Of a DNA stretch of 64,000 bases, positions 62,977 to 64,000 are shown piece after piece. Position 1 is the stretch's first letter; every line of letters begins with the position of its first letter. The position numbers were made by a program, and so were the translations under genes. Location of the stretch: the IMG/VR virus record IMGVR_UViG_3300035138_000081; one strand, given 5' to 3'. Source of the stretch: a virus. The notes beneath the pieces are model-generated. The model searched no databases and was not told the origin of the DNA. It was given only the letters and a program-made list of their open reading frames with translations.

Positions 62977-63504
62977 ATGAAAAAAGCAATTTGTGGAATA
63001 TGCAACAAAGAATTCGAAGATGATGGCAGCTCTAAATTTTGCTTTCACTGTGGTACTAAATTTTGTTCAGAAGAATGTCAATTAGAAGCAGGATTAAGTT
63101 TTGATTATGATGGAGATGTATTAATGTGCAAGATTTGTGAAGGGGTGTTTGATGAAAGTGATGGACTTATGTTAAATTTTCCAAATGAGAGTAAAGTTGA
63201 AAAAAGATATGATGAACTATATAAAAAAGCACAAACAGAAAAATTGAGTGTGGAAGAAACTGAAGAATTAGTAGATTGCTACGAACAAATATTTGAAAAC
63301 ATAAATCAAAAATATTATTTTATAAAAGACCTTCAAGATACAGACAATGAAGAGTGTGATAATGCAGTATTGAAAGATCAACTTTTACAAATGAAAATGC
63401 AAAGAGATTTTATGGAGCATCAACTTCAAGAAGCAAAAAGAGTAGTGCATAAATTGAAAAATCCTTCTTTGTTTAAAAGAATTTTGAATAGGCTATTTCC
63501 TTAA
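62977..63504 (+). CDS. zinc-ribbon plus coiled-coil protein
   Basis: 175 aa with CGICN..CFHCG..CKICEG and a helical C-terminus. Confidence 0.55.
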   Translation: MKKAICGICNKEFEDDGSSKFCFHCGTKFCSEECQLEAGLSFDYDGDVLMCKICEGVFDESDGLMLNFPNESKVEKRYDELYKKAQTEKLSVEETEELVDCYEQIFENINQKYYFIKDLQDTDNEECDNAVLKDQLLQMKMQRDFMEHQLQEAKRVVHKLKNPSLFKRILNRLFP

Positions 63505-63512
63505 AAATTATC

Positions 63513-63550
63513 AAAAAAAAAGGAGCTTTGATAGCTCTTTTTTTTTATTT
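63513..63550. terminator. bidirectional terminator between convergent genes
   Basis: A-run, GGAGCT, loop, AGCTCT, T-run. Confidence 0.6.
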
Positions 63551-63883
63551 TGGAATTTGCAATTTGTCAAACTTTTCAATATACTTTTCCTTAGCGGCAA
63601 TCCATAGCCCGCTTTCAGTTTGTTTTATTCCTGCAAGGTTTCCATAGCTAGTACCAACTTCTGCATCTATTGTAAATTTGATATCTGATTCTAATGGTTG
63701 ACGTTCCATTACTTCTTTTATAACATTCATTACTTCATGGAAACAAGATTTATGTATTTCAAATGTTATACTATCATGTACCGTAAACAGTATTCGTGCA
63801 TATTTTTTATAATATGCTTTAAAATGTCGATGCAATGTTGATAAAGCTGTTAAAGTAATTTGTGCAGCGGTCCCTTGTATCAT
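63545..63883 (-). CDS. family A DNA polymerase, C-terminal exon/fragment
   Basis: IQGTAAQ (Pol I has PMQGTAADI) and motif C FTVHDSITFE. The ORF opens exactly at the IQGTAA box with no RBS. Confidence 0.75.
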   Translation of the reverse strand: MIQGTAAQITLTALSTLHRHFKAYYKKYARILFTVHDSITFEIHKSCFHEVMNVIKEVMERQPLESDIKFTIDAEVGTSYGNLAGIKQTESGLWIAAKEKYIEKFDKLQIPK

Positions 63884-64000
63884 TAATTGATAATGGACTA
63901 TATCATGAACCTATAAACTTATGTAGGTCCCTTTGCGCTTCGGTTTCCCTACTCTACTCAGTTATTCATATCAGATACGTCTGATACTATCCTTTCGATA
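63884..64000 (-). other. intervening sequence interrupting the polymerase gene (candidate group I intron 3' part)
   Basis: In-frame TAG 10 codons upstream of the fragment. G/C-richer hairpins on the minus strand: TATCAGA-CGTA-TCTGATA and GTAGG..CCTAC. Confidence 0.35.

Noticed and set aside
515-63600. The TAGCGG word as a promoter for a phage RNA polymerase
   Set aside because: Most copies lie inside ORFs. In the minus-strand block they point against transcription. No phage RNA polymerase gene was seen in this window.
1-64000. Lysogeny module or prophage boundary
   Set aside because: No integrase, CI-like repressor or att-like repeat was recognised. The window looks like a contiguous phage genome segment, but the lifestyle cannot be decided from it.

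Overview
This window is a very AT-rich (roughly 30% G+C by eye) segment of a tailed dsDNA phage genome with a siphovirus-like tail. I saw no rRNA, tRNA, CRISPR array, integrase or repressor.

Layout:
- 52-20799, minus strand: a nucleotide-modification and replication/recombination block. It holds a 7-deazaguanine cluster (Gat-QueC, DpdA-like, FolE, QueE, QueD and a dATP/dGTP diphosphohydrolase-like gene), a primase-helicase, a DUF669 protein, an AAA_24 ATPase split by an intein, a PD-(D/E)XK exonuclease, an SNF2 helicase, RuvC, and then a run of small coiled-coil genes.
- 21041-25767: short early-type genes, mostly plus strand, in single-gene or few-gene transcription units.
- 25.8-31.5 kb: an ORF-poor region. 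It contains a promoter-to-terminator 1.9-kb structured unit, iteron-like repeats, nearly pure A/T palindromic blocks and one odd Asn-rich ORF.
- 31573-57487, plus strand: terminase, portal, Mu-like head module, tail, tape measure, and a holin-like gene plus amidase endolysin.
- 57.5-58.4 kb: a second ORF-free transcription unit carrying five hairpin modules.
- 58572-62610, minus strand: membrane/lipoprotein genes and RNase H. A PolA C-terminal exon at the right edge appears to be interrupted.

Most notable signal: a strand-biased word (pyrimidine tract + TAGCGG + WA) found 43 times, about every 2 kb, inside genes and spacers regardless of transcription direction.

Limits: all coordinates were indexed by hand and may be off by 1-2 nt. 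No database search or computation was run. Family names rest on motif recognition from memory.
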